Shown here piece after piece: positions 37,310 through 46,310 of a stretch of 64,000 bases of DNA. Numbering within the stretch: position 1 is the first letter of the stretch; every line of letters begins with the position of its first letter. Below the pieces are notes generated by a model that was not told the DNA's origin, did not search any database, and saw only the letters and a list, made by a program, of their open reading frames with translations. The position numbers were made by a program, and so were the translations under genes. The DNA lies in the NCBI GenBank assembly GCA_964636295.1, contig CAZWQY010000004.1, positions 42,677 to 106,676 on the forward strand, in the 5' to 3' direction. This stretch comes from an uncultured Lentisphaeraceae bacterium (GTDB lineage Bacteria > Verrucomicrobiota > Kiritimatiellia > RFP12 > UBA1067).

Positions 37310-38262
37310 GCCGAAACCCCTTTGTCAATGATGCCGCCGCCGACCACTTCGTCGCCGCGATAGAAGACGGCGGACTGCCCGGGCGCCACGCCCGAAAGGC
37401 CGTCCTTCAGAAGGCGCGGTTCGCCCGCACTGCGAATCTTGACGGGCAGGGACAGGTCGATTTCGCCGACGCACTCCCGCAACGTCAACGCGCGGCAGAC
37501 AGACTCCTCCTTCGTGCCGACCCAGACGATGTTCTGCGCGGCATCCAGCCCCACCACGTAATACGGCGTGCCGCCTCCAATGCCAAGGCCCTTGCGCTTG
37601 CCGACCGTGTAGTTCCAAACGCCTTGATGCGTGCCGAGAACCCGACCGTCAGACACGCGCACGATGTTCCCCGTCTGCGGCGAAGCCCCGACGATTGCCC
37701 GCACATCCCCGCCGCAGAAGTCCTGGCTGTCGTCCCGGTCTGCGGCCGCAAATCCGGCTTTCCGTCCGATTTCCCGCACGGCGCACTTTGTCAGTTCGCC
37801 CAACGGGAAAATCGTGCGCGCACGAATCTTCGGCGCGACACGGTAAAGAAAATACGACTGATCCTTCGAACGGTCGGCCGCGCGGAAAAGCCGTCCGTCC
37901 CGCAGACGCGCGTAATGCCCCGTCGCAAAGCGGTCGCACCCCAGCGTCTCGAATGCCCAGCGCGGCAGAAGCCCGAATTTCACGAACTCGTTACAGCGAA
38001 TGCACGGGTTCGGCGTCCGTCCGCCCCGATAGGATTCGGCCACATAGGCAAGGACATGACGCGACCAATCGGACGCCAGATCGGCGACTTCGAGGGGAAT
38101 GCCCAACCGCGTCGCGACCTCCCGCGCCTCGCCCAGCGTCTTCGCCTCGGTTTCCCGCCCCAACGACATCGTCACCCCGACGACCTCGTGCCCCTGCTCC
38201 TTCAGGAGAAGGGCGGACACGGCGGAGTCAACGCCGCCCGAAAGTCCCACGGCAATCTTCAC
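37306..38262 (-). CDS. mnmA: tRNA 2-thiouridine(34) synthase MnmA
   Basis: PP-loop VKIAVGLSGGVDSAVSALLL; start placed at GTG 38262 (GTGA overlap with the ybeY stop); ATGA overlap with the dxs start. Confidence 0.88.
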   Translation of the reverse strand: MKIAVGLSGGVDSAVSALLLKEQGHEVVGVTMSLGRETEAKTLGEAREVATRLGIPLEVADLASDWSRHVLAYVAESYRGGRTPNPCIRCNEFVKFGLLPRWAFETLGCDRFATGHYARLRDGRLFRAADRSKDQSYFLYRVAPKIRARTIFPLGELTKCAVREIGRKAGFAAADRDDSQDFCGGDVRAIVGASPQTGNIVRVSDGRVLGTHQGVWNYTVGKRKGLGIGGGTPYYVVGLDAAQNIVWVGTKEESVCRALTLRECVGEIDLSLPVKIRSAGEPRLLKDGLSGVAPGQSAVFYRGDEVVGGGIIDKGVSA

Positions 38263-38735
38263 ACGCGCGCCTCCCAGTCCTTCAGCCAAGCCAGTTCCCG
38301 CCGCCGCATGCGCCGATAGTCCAGCGGCTCAAGATCGTCCGCCCCCGAAAGATGATCCATCCCGTGCGCGACGTAGAGAAGCAGTTCCTTCGCCGCGCTC
38401 CAGCCCCGACGCTTCGGCGCGACGCGGATGGCCTGGTCGCAGTTGACGTAAAGCTCGCCATAGACGCCTGACGCCTCGCCCGGCATCGGATCGTAGCGTT
38501 GGGTCACGACATCCGTCGCGCCCGCCGCGCCATTGATCGCCAAATGGACTTCGGACGAAAACGCATCGTCCTGCAGGACGACCGTCACCGCGCGAAACGG
38601 CTCGCCGATGCGCGCCGCGCTCCGCGCCGCAAAAAAGGCCGCCGCCCGACGAAGCTGCGCGCGCGGCAACGCCAATGCGCGCGGCAACGCGCCCGCGATC
38701 TCAATGCGGCAACCGTTCTCTGTTCGCGCGCTCAT
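38259..38735 (-). CDS. ybeY: rRNA maturation RNase YbeY
   Basis: 158 aa; VAHGMDHLSGADD metal-binding motif region. Confidence 0.8.
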   Translation of the reverse strand: MSARTENGCRIEIAGALPRALALPRAQLRRAAAFFAARSAARIGEPFRAVTVVLQDDAFSSEVHLAINGAAGATDVVTQRYDPMPGEASGVYGELYVNCDQAIRVAPKRRGWSAAKELLLYVAHGMDHLSGADDLEPLDYRRMRRRELAWLKDWEARV

Positions 38736-39271
38736 CTCGGCATCTCGGACGAAAGCGCGCCCACCTGCTTCTGCGCATCGGCGATGGCGCGGCAGACGGC
38801 GCGCGAGGTAATCGTCGCAGACGTGATGGCCTCAATGACGCCGCCATCCTTCTTTACCGCAAGTGCCGCGCCGTCCTTCCCAGAAAACTGATCCGCGAAT
38901 TCTGGGGCATTGAGCTTCATCCCCAAGCCCGGCGTCTCGGCGGCGGCAAGCGTCTTGTAGCAGACGAGCGTCTTCCGGTCTGCCCTGAAGCCGACCATCA
39001 GCACAATGTCGCCGCCATAGCCACCCGCGTCTGTGCCCTTCGCGGCATAGCCGACCACCCGCCCCGCCGCATCCTTTCCGACAAAGACCGCCCCCACCGC
39101 CGCAACCGTCGCCGTCTCGGACGGCAGAACGGCCTTGACGGCATTCTGCTCGTTCGCGGCGGCCGTCGCGGCAATCGGCTCTTTCGTCAGGGCGTTCACG
39201 TAGGCAAGCACCGCCGCACAGACGCCAGAGATGAGCGTCAGGGAAAGGACAAGCGAGAGATTCTTCTTCAT
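38732..39271 (-). CDS. rnfG: Rnf complex subunit G
   Basis: 179 aa; N-terminal TM, FMN-attachment motif ITSATITSRAV. Confidence 0.88.
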   Translation of the reverse strand: MKKNLSLVLSLTLISGVCAAVLAYVNALTKEPIAATAAANEQNAVKAVLPSETATVAAVGAVFVGKDAAGRVVGYAAKGTDAGGYGGDIVLMVGFRADRKTLVCYKTLAAAETPGLGMKLNAPEFADQFSGKDGAALAVKKDGGVIEAITSATITSRAVCRAIADAQKQVGALSSEMPR

Positions 39272-39287
39272 GCGTTCACCACCTCAA

Positions 39288-39346
39288 TCATTCGTTCACC
39301 ATTCGACCATTCGATCATTCGAACATTCGATTATTCGATTCTTTCC
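39288..39346. repeat. CCATTCGA-family 8-nt array between rnfD and rnfG
   Basis: TCATTCGT TCAC CATTCGA CCATTCGA TCATTCGA ACATTCGA TTATTCGA TTCTTTCC. Confidence 0.9.
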
Positions 39347-39347
39347 C

Positions 39348-40298
39348 TCATTTCCCGCCAAACGGCTTCGGCTGCGTCCAGCGGTTGATCAGCGGCGCAA
39401 CGGCGTTCATGATGAGGATCGCAAACGAGCAGCCTTCGGGATAGGCGCCGAACTGGCGGATCAGCATGCAGAGAAGTCCGCAACCGCAGCCGAAGACGAG
39501 CTTGCCCTTCGCCGTCGTCGGCGAGGTGACGTAATCCGTCGCCATAAAGCACGCGCCGATCAGGATGCCGCCCGTAAGGATCTCGACATGCGCAGGAGCA
39601 CGTCCTGCGAGAAGCGCGTAGACGGCAACCGTCGCCAGAAACGCAACGGGAATGTGCCAGGTGATCACCTTGCGGGCGAGCAGGTAGACCGCACCCAGCG
39701 CGAGCGCAAGCGCCGAGACCTCTCCGATACAGCCCGGCATGTTGCCGACGAGAAGATCCCAAAGGCCAGGGACCTGCTCTGCGGGGCCCTGCTTCACGAA
39801 CGCGAGCGGCGTCGCCGTCGTCATCGCGTCGGGCGTCTTCCACCAGAAGGGCTTGAGCCATGTCGTCATCGGACCCGTGAACGAGATAAGCATGAATGCG
39901 CGCGCGGCGAGGGCCGGATTGAACGGGTTCATGCCCAGGCCGCCGAAGACCTGCTTCGCGATGCCAATGGCGAAGACAGAACCGACGACGGCCATCCACA
40001 GCGGAAGCCCCGCCGGCAAGTTAAGCGCGAGGAGAAGCCCCGTCACGACGGCCGAGAGGTCGCCGATCGTGTTCTCGCGCTTCATCGCCAAGCGGCAAAG
40101 GGCCTCGGTCACGAGACATGTCGCAACGCACGTCGCAATCGTCCAGACGGCGGGAAGCCCAAAGAACCAGACGCCCGCCGCCGCCGTCGGCAGCAAGGCG
40201 ATGATCACGTCGAGCATGATGCGCGAGACGGAGCTCTTCGCATGCGTGTGCGGCGAACTGGAGAGGAGGTAATGTTCAGCTGTTTCTTTCGGTTTCAT
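39348..40298 (-). CDS. rnfD: Rnf complex subunit D
   Basis: MKPKETAEHYLLSSSPHTHAKSSVSRIMLDVIIALLP...; start moved from 40493 to ATG 40298. Confidence 0.9.
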   Translation of the reverse strand: MKPKETAEHYLLSSSPHTHAKSSVSRIMLDVIIALLPTAAAGVWFFGLPAVWTIATCVATCLVTEALCRLAMKRENTIGDLSAVVTGLLLALNLPAGLPLWMAVVGSVFAIGIAKQVFGGLGMNPFNPALAARAFMLISFTGPMTTWLKPFWWKTPDAMTTATPLAFVKQGPAEQVPGLWDLLVGNMPGCIGEVSALALALGAVYLLARKVITWHIPVAFLATVAVYALLAGRAPAHVEILTGGILIGACFMATDYVTSPTTAKGKLVFGCGCGLLCMLIRQFGAYPEGCSFAILIMNAVAPLINRWTQPKPFGGK

Positions 40299-40359
40299 GG
40301 ACGACTTGAGAGGAGAATAAGATAACGGGACAAACGAATGGGGCTGGGCGAAAGTGCCG

Positions 40360-41742
40360 CTAGTTGGCCTTCGCGGCGGCGGCCTTGGCCCGTTCGGCCG
40401 CGAGACGCGCACGAATCGAGGCCTTCGCACGACGGCAGGACTGGGTAATCGGACGGTACGCCGGGCAGCCAAACGTGCAGGCGCCGCACTCAATGCAGCT
40501 CATGACGTGCGCCGCTTCGGCGGAGGCGATGTCGTTCGCCTCGACGGCCTTGGCGATTTCCGCCGCATTAAGTCCCATCGGACAGGCGCGCACGCAGCGA
40601 CCGCAGTTGATGCAGGCCTGCGACGAATACTGGAAGACCCGGCGGCGCGACAGGAGCAGAAGCCCTGACGTCGTCTTCGTCGTCGCTAGCCCCAGCGTCG
40701 GCACGGCAAAGCCCATCATCGTGCCGCCGGAAATGACCTTCACGGGAGATTCCGCCTCGCCTCCGCAGAAAGCGATGAGATCGGCATATTTCGTGCCGAG
40801 CGGGGCCTCGACGTTTTTCGGCTCGCGCACGGCGTCACCGGAGACGGTCGTCACGCGCGAAAGCAGAATCGTGCCCTTCTCGACCGCATCCGCGACCGCC
40901 GCGACCGTGCCGACGTTCTCGACGACGCAACCGACGTCAATCGGCAACGCGGGCGGCTCCGGGACGAGGCGTCCGACCGTTGCGTAGATCTGGTGCTTTT
41001 CAGAGCCTTGCGGATAGAGGACGGGAAGAACGACGATCTCGACATTGCCGTCGATGTCCGCAAACGCCCGCTCCAGCGCGGCGATGGCCTCGGGCTTGTT
41101 CGCCTCGACGGCGATGCGCACGGCGCAGCCTCCGAGAATCTTGCGCAGGATCTCGACCCCCACGCGAACGCGATCCGCCCGCTCCAGCATGAGGCGGAAG
41201 TCCGCACAAAGGTACGGCTCGCACTCCGCGCCGTTCACGATCAGGTATTCGCACCGCTTGTTCGGCGGCGGATTGAGCTTCACGCACGTGGGGAAGCCCG
41301 CGCCGCCCATGCCGCACAGACCGGACTCGTCGATGCGCGCCAAGAGCTCGTCCCGCGTCGCGACCTGCCAGTCCAGCGGCGGAAGCGTCCGCGCCGTCGT
41401 GTCCACGCCCTCCGGCACTGGGGCCGTCGTGTCGAGGATGACCGCCGGGGCCTTGCCGCCCGCCGGGCCGAGACGCGGCTCGACCGCCTTGACGAGACCG
41501 TTCGCGGGCGCATGGACGGGAACGGAAATGAAGCCATTTCGCGCGCCCAGAAGCTGGCCCTTGACCACGTACTCGCCCGCCTTGACGACACATGTCGCGG
41601 GCGCGCCGAGATGCTGGCTCATCGAGACGACCAGCTCGGCGGGACACGGCATCGCCTCGATCGCCTTCCCGCGCGCCAGTTCCTTGTTGTAGTCGGGGTG
41701 GACGCCACCCCGAAACCTAAATGCACTTTTCACTGTCTTCAT
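40360..41742 (-). CDS. rnfC: Rnf complex subunit C
   Basis: MKTVKSAFRFRGGVHPDYNKE..., two 4Fe-4S motifs CINCGRCVRACP and CIECGACTFGCP; start ATG 41742 overlaps the upstream stop (ATGA). Confidence 0.92.
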   Translation of the reverse strand: MKTVKSAFRFRGGVHPDYNKELARGKAIEAMPCPAELVVSMSQHLGAPATCVVKAGEYVVKGQLLGARNGFISVPVHAPANGLVKAVEPRLGPAGGKAPAVILDTTAPVPEGVDTTARTLPPLDWQVATRDELLARIDESGLCGMGGAGFPTCVKLNPPPNKRCEYLIVNGAECEPYLCADFRLMLERADRVRVGVEILRKILGGCAVRIAVEANKPEAIAALERAFADIDGNVEIVVLPVLYPQGSEKHQIYATVGRLVPEPPALPIDVGCVVENVGTVAAVADAVEKGTILLSRVTTVSGDAVREPKNVEAPLGTKYADLIAFCGGEAESPVKVISGGTMMGFAVPTLGLATTKTTSGLLLLSRRRVFQYSSQACINCGRCVRACPMGLNAAEIAKAVEANDIASAEAAHVMSCIECGACTFGCPAYRPITQSCRRAKASIRARLAAERAKAAAAKAN

Positions 41743-43130
41743 GACATCTTCTCCAAAACCTCCCAATGCCCCGTCTTCGGCGGCCCGACACGACGGATGC
41801 GCGCATCCGCTTGCAATTCCTTTAACCGCGCGGCAATCGTCCGAGGTGAAACCTGCAGGATTTCCGCCAACTCATCTTTCGTGATAAAGGGATCGGCTTT
41901 CATATTCTGCACAATTTGCAGAGACAATGAATCATGACGATTCATGCCTATCGTGCAATCCGCATCCCTAAGCGTGGAATTTACGGTGCAAGAACTATTC
42001 GTTATCTTAAGATATTCGTCGGCTTTAACGCCAAATTCCAAGATTTGTGAAATCCGTTTCTGTGTAAAATCTTCGATTCGTTCCAAGCGTTCCGCCGGCA
42101 GATTGTAACGCTTGTGACGACGGAAGCGAAAGCCGTGCAACCGCCGAACACGCGCAATCTGCTCATCGGAAAGCGAGGGCCCGTGAAATTTCAACCAATC
42201 AGCGTAGAGAGCCGGTCGAACACGACTGACGAACCGTCTGAGATCATCGAACTCGTTGAATGCGCCGCCTGGCTGCCACGTCGCCAAGGAGAACAGTCCA
42301 TAGCCGTTGTCAAAGACAGGTGCCGCGCCAACAATTTCGTTCGTGTCATTGTCAACGAGATAACCGAAATTACCCATATGCCGATCCGTATTAAAGATCA
42401 CGGCATCCAGCAAGAATATATCGGCAAACCGCGGATCCTTCAAAGCCTCCTCGCGCGAGAGGAGTCGTCCAGCAGGAAGATACCCATATTTGTCGCTCGT
42501 GAAGAGCGGACATGTCGAACACAACCGCCCCTTGAACATTGAAAGCCCGTATGGGACAAAATCAATTCCCATCACCTCTGCTAACTGCGCGGCATAGAAT
42601 TCAGAATAAGGCTCGAACCCTGCATTCAAAGCCCCCGTCGTCCCCGACTTATACAACTCAACAACGCCCCCCCGACGCCGCCAGCACTTCGCGAGCATGC
42701 CGTTCGTCGTCAATTCCGGCGAAGACGTCCATGCATCAGGAACGCCAGGCCCCAATCCCGTGAATGCAATGGCCGAAACAACTTCTGAAAAGCGATTCTC
42801 GTAGAGGTTGTAATCTCGCCACCGACCCGCGAAGCGATCCTCGACGACCCAGAAAACATCATTCAGCGAGAGACCTCGACAAATGCGAATGATCCCCCGC
42901 AAATCTCGCGCATCCAATCCTAATCGTGCCATCAGGTCTTCAATGTAGGCGCGATGCTTCGGCACGACGCGATGCTTGAGCCAACGCCAAAGGCCCTCGT
43001 CCGTCGCCTCGCCATGCATGTCGAGCGGCAAGAACCGCACGGCCGCATCGTTCACCGAGACAATGCGCACGCCCTGCGGTTCAAGCCACTCGAACCGCAG
43101 AACCTCCGTGTCTCGATGCTTCAGAATCAT
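41739..43130 (-). CDS. HipA-like Ser/Thr kinase fused to a C-terminal winged-HTH domain
   Basis: 463 aa; HipA_C catalytic motif NTDRHMGNFGYL and PVFDNGYGLFS; C-terminal ITKDELAEILQVSPRTIAARLKELQADARIRRVG; AT-richer than the flanking rnf genes. Confidence 0.8.
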   Translation of the reverse strand: MILKHRDTEVLRFEWLEPQGVRIVSVNDAAVRFLPLDMHGEATDEGLWRWLKHRVVPKHRAYIEDLMARLGLDARDLRGIIRICRGLSLNDVFWVVEDRFAGRWRDYNLYENRFSEVVSAIAFTGLGPGVPDAWTSSPELTTNGMLAKCWRRRGGVVELYKSGTTGALNAGFEPYSEFYAAQLAEVMGIDFVPYGLSMFKGRLCSTCPLFTSDKYGYLPAGRLLSREEALKDPRFADIFLLDAVIFNTDRHMGNFGYLVDNDTNEIVGAAPVFDNGYGLFSLATWQPGGAFNEFDDLRRFVSRVRPALYADWLKFHGPSLSDEQIARVRRLHGFRFRRHKRYNLPAERLERIEDFTQKRISQILEFGVKADEYLKITNSSCTVNSTLRDADCTIGMNRHDSLSLQIVQNMKADPFITKDELAEILQVSPRTIAARLKELQADARIRRVGPPKTGHWEVLEKMS

Positions 43131-43939
43131 TAGTGACCCGTCTCAAAATGGGGATCGACGGCGATGCACTTCGCCGGACACTTCGCGGCGAGCTGCTCGT
43201 CCGTCGGCGGATTCGCATAGTTGACCTTCGCAAGAAATCCCGAAAAGGCGAAGTGCCCCGCCTCCTTGCCGCCGGAATTCTTCTCGCAGAGATGACAGCC
43301 GATGCAGCCGACGCCACAGACCGTGCGGACGGACGGTCCCTTGTCCGGATTCGCGCAGAGGACATGGATCGTGGCAGACGCCGGCACAAGCTCGATGAGG
43401 TGTCGCGGACAGACGGCCACGCACTTGCCGCAGCCGATGCAGAGCCGCTTGTCAACCTTCGCAAGGCCGTCCGAAATCGAAATCGCGTGCTTCGGACAGG
43501 CGTTCGCGCACGCGCCGTAGCCGAGGCAGCCGTAGGCGCAGCCCTTGTCGCCGCCGGCCGTCGCCGCCGCGACGCCGCAGTCGCAGATGCCGTTGTAGTC
43601 GCCGACGCGAATCGTCTCCGACCGCGTCCCGCAGCACCGGACGAGCGCGACGCGCTTCTCCGTCGCCGTCGCCGCGACGCCCAGGATCTTCGCGACCGCC
43701 GCCGCACAGGCATCGCCGCCCGCCGCGCAGGCGCCGTTGGGCGCCGTGCCCGCGACGAGCGCGCGCGCGTAGCCATCGCATCCCGCAAAGCCGCAGCCGC
43801 CGCAGTTGGCGCCGGGGAGGGCCGCCGTGACGAGTCCGATGCGCGGGTCTTCCCGCACGGAAAGATACCGGTCGGCCAGCGCAAGCGCAATGGCCGCGAC
43901 AAGCCCGATGCCGGCGATGATGAGAATGGCTGTTGTCAT
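43130..43939 (-). CDS. rnfB: Rnf complex subunit B
   Basis: 269 aa; MTTAILIIAGIGLVAAIALALADRYL..., NCGGCGFAGCDGYA, ferredoxin motifs CIGCGKCVAVCP. Confidence 0.92.
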   Translation of the reverse strand: MTTAILIIAGIGLVAAIALALADRYLSVREDPRIGLVTAALPGANCGGCGFAGCDGYARALVAGTAPNGACAAGGDACAAAVAKILGVAATATEKRVALVRCCGTRSETIRVGDYNGICDCGVAAATAGGDKGCAYGCLGYGACANACPKHAISISDGLAKVDKRLCIGCGKCVAVCPRHLIELVPASATIHVLCANPDKGPSVRTVCGVGCIGCHLCEKNSGGKEAGHFAFSGFLAKVNYANPPTDEQLAAKCPAKCIAVDPHFETGH

Positions 43940-43974
43940 AATGTCTTTTTACCAGAAGAATGCAGGTCGTTCGT

Positions 43975-44715
43975 TCAATCGACGATCTCAATCCAAGCCG
44001 GATCAAAACCGATATCCGTCAAAACATCCTCACGACAAACCATCGGAGGTTTCTTCAAGCGAATCTTCAGCCGCTTCTCCGGCATTTCCGGCAACACCGT
44101 AAATTGCGACCCATGCGGCTGCCAAGTAAAGCAATGACGATCTGTCGAAATCTCATACCCTTCCAAATTATGGGCGTCATTCCAATCCCACTTGAACGCC
44201 GTGGGTTCAAATGCGCGCGTGGGGATCTCGGCGACGGCAAAGTTCCGCAACGCCTCGTCACGAATCAAAATGGCCGTCCGCAAGTCTGAGAACAACTTCG
44301 CCTCTTTCTCCAGACGCGCATTCCAAATTCCGAGGACAAGCCCGCCGATCTTGTTCGGATCTTCGACATGAACATTTTTCACGTCAAATGAATAATCCAC
44401 GGAATTCCGGCCCGAAACTAGACGCACGTGTTCATGTGTAAACGGGTGCGCGTTCTTGATGGTCTTGGCGCTCCATGCCGTCCGCCCACAAACGACATCT
44501 TCCAGTCCGACATTGGATTTCTTCCACTCAACGCCCACGCACCGCGCAAAGATCTGCTCCCAGTCATCTCCGCTGATGTCAGGATTGTCCCGCGTCGCAA
44601 GAATGTAAATCAACTCCTTCCCCAACTTGAGCCCAAAATCAGCCGGGAATTCGTTCAGCGGATACGGCGGTTTGTGCCGCACGGCATTTCTCAACCTTGG
44701 CTTCATCATTCGCAT
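43975..44715 (-). CDS. Putative type II restriction endonuclease (family not assigned)
   Basis: 246 aa; 10-nt overlap with the dcm stop; AT-rich; LEDVV...TAWSAKT could be a PD-(D/E)XK core. Confidence 0.55.
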   Translation of the reverse strand: MRMMKPRLRNAVRHKPPYPLNEFPADFGLKLGKELIYILATRDNPDISGDDWEQIFARCVGVEWKKSNVGLEDVVCGRTAWSAKTIKNAHPFTHEHVRLVSGRNSVDYSFDVKNVHVEDPNKIGGLVLGIWNARLEKEAKLFSDLRTAILIRDEALRNFAVAEIPTRAFEPTAFKWDWNDAHNLEGYEISTDRHCFTWQPHGSQFTVLPEMPEKRLKIRLKKPPMVCREDVLTDIGFDPAWIEIVD

Positions 44716-46265
44716 TCCTTGAGATGTGAGATGACTTCCTTTGCGACGGCCTGGATGACCGGGACAGCAACGGAGTTCCCCGTCTGGTGCTTGACTTGAG
44801 TGTACGGAACAACGATTTGAAATTCGTCGGGAAACCCCTGTATGCGCAGCATCTCGCGCGCGGAAGGCCGACGCTCGTCGTTGATGAGAATGTAATTGGC
44901 CGAAGCCCCGGCCCGCAGCGCACAGGAGAACGGATGCGGCGTAATTGACCCCGCGACATTCTCGTGCGAAATGTAAGGGCGAGGGTACGCCTTGTCCTTC
45001 AAGCGCGCCAATCGACTTTCGCGAATCGCAGGACGCACGAACAACGAGCGGTCTCTTGAGGCCGATTCGTCGATGATGTCCGCCACGGTTTTGCGCTGCT
45101 CCTTCGGAATCGGCGGCGGGAACTCAAAGTTCACCTTCTTGCGGAAACCGCAGATGATGATACGCTCCCGCTTTTGCGGAACGCCATAGTCAAGTGCGTT
45201 CAAGACCTTGTAGTGAACATCATAGCCCGCCTTCTTGAGATGGGATAAAATGACCTTAAACGTCCGCCCCTTGTCGTGTGCGGTGAGATTGCGCACATTC
45301 TCCAGCATGAACGCCTTGGGCTTCTTGGCAAGGAGAATATTTTCAATATTGAAAAAGAGAGTTCCCTGCGTCTCGTGCTTAAACCCCTCTTTGTCGCCGA
45401 TGATGGAAAAAGGCTGACAGGGGAAGCCGGCCAGCAGAATGTCAAAGTCAGGGAGGGAAACCGGATCGATTTTCTGGATATCGCCGAACGGACGTTCGCC
45501 AAAATTGGAGTAATAAGTCTTCGCCGCATCCTTGTCCCATTCGGATGAAAAGACGCATCGCCCGCCATTGAGCTGATAGCCAAGCCGAATGCCGCCAATC
45601 CCCGCAAAGAGGTCGATAAACGTGAACGAACCGTTCGCGGGGGCGGGGAAGGGGAACCTTGTAGCCTCATCCAACTTAAACTTGCCAAGAAAATCCATCT
45701 GCTCCCCCGGCTCACAGACACGCAATGCCCGCTGCGGCACTTTCGCGAGAATTGTCGGGAGCCGATTCTTAAGGTCAAGGTCTTTGCGGTCGGGCGATTC
45801 AAGGTAGGCCTTCAATTGCCGCGCGACCTTTGGCGAACGCTTCACGAAATCCGACACCCGCACGATCACGCGCTTGACCTCTGCGGCAAGCGCGGTCGAA
45901 GAGTTCGCGGGCGCAGAGGTCGGCCGAACACGATAAAGGAGATACATGCCCTCGCCGTGCGCCCGGCCTTTCGCCGGATAGCCCCAGTCTTGCACAAGCA
46001 CGTCGCGCGTAAACTGCCCGACAAACTCGGCCTGAAAGTACTTCGCGTCCTTGGTGCCGTTGAAAAGCCAGATTTCGTTAACCGTCTTCGCCGCAGTGGC
46101 ATCGACCGCATCCCCCGCCACGAGCGGATAGTTGTAGAATCCAGGCCAGCGCGCAAACTGCCCCTCCTTGTACGTTCCGACGAGAACGACCTTCTTCGCC
46201 GTCTCACCGCTTTGAGCCTCACACGAGGCTCGCCGCGTCATCTTCTTCTGCCCAATTCGTCCCAT
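44706..46265 (-). CDS. dcm: DNA (cytosine-5) methyltransferase with an unassigned ~200-aa N-terminal extension
   Basis: Motifs I FIDLFAGIGG, IV GFPCQPFS, VI LENVRNL, VIII PQKRERIIICGF, X GNSVAVPV. Confidence 0.92.
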   Translation of the reverse strand: MGRIGQKKMTRRASCEAQSGETAKKVVLVGTYKEGQFARWPGFYNYPLVAGDAVDATAAKTVNEIWLFNGTKDAKYFQAEFVGQFTRDVLVQDWGYPAKGRAHGEGMYLLYRVRPTSAPANSSTALAAEVKRVIVRVSDFVKRSPKVARQLKAYLESPDRKDLDLKNRLPTILAKVPQRALRVCEPGEQMDFLGKFKLDEATRFPFPAPANGSFTFIDLFAGIGGIRLGYQLNGGRCVFSSEWDKDAAKTYYSNFGERPFGDIQKIDPVSLPDFDILLAGFPCQPFSIIGDKEGFKHETQGTLFFNIENILLAKKPKAFMLENVRNLTAHDKGRTFKVILSHLKKAGYDVHYKVLNALDYGVPQKRERIIICGFRKKVNFEFPPPIPKEQRKTVADIIDESASRDRSLFVRPAIRESRLARLKDKAYPRPYISHENVAGSITPHPFSCALRAGASANYILINDERRPSAREMLRIQGFPDEFQIVVPYTQVKHQTGNSVAVPVIQAVAKEVISHLKECE

Positions 46266-46309
46266 TCCGCCACTCGACCATTCGCTTGTTCGACTGTTTC
46301 CCCCATTCC
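46262..46309. repeat. Degenerate CCATTCGA-family 8-nt array between rnfA and dcm
   Basis: CCATTCCG CCACTCGA CCATTCGC TTGTTCGA CTGTTTCC CCCATTCC. Confidence 0.6.
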
Positions 46310-46310
46310 C

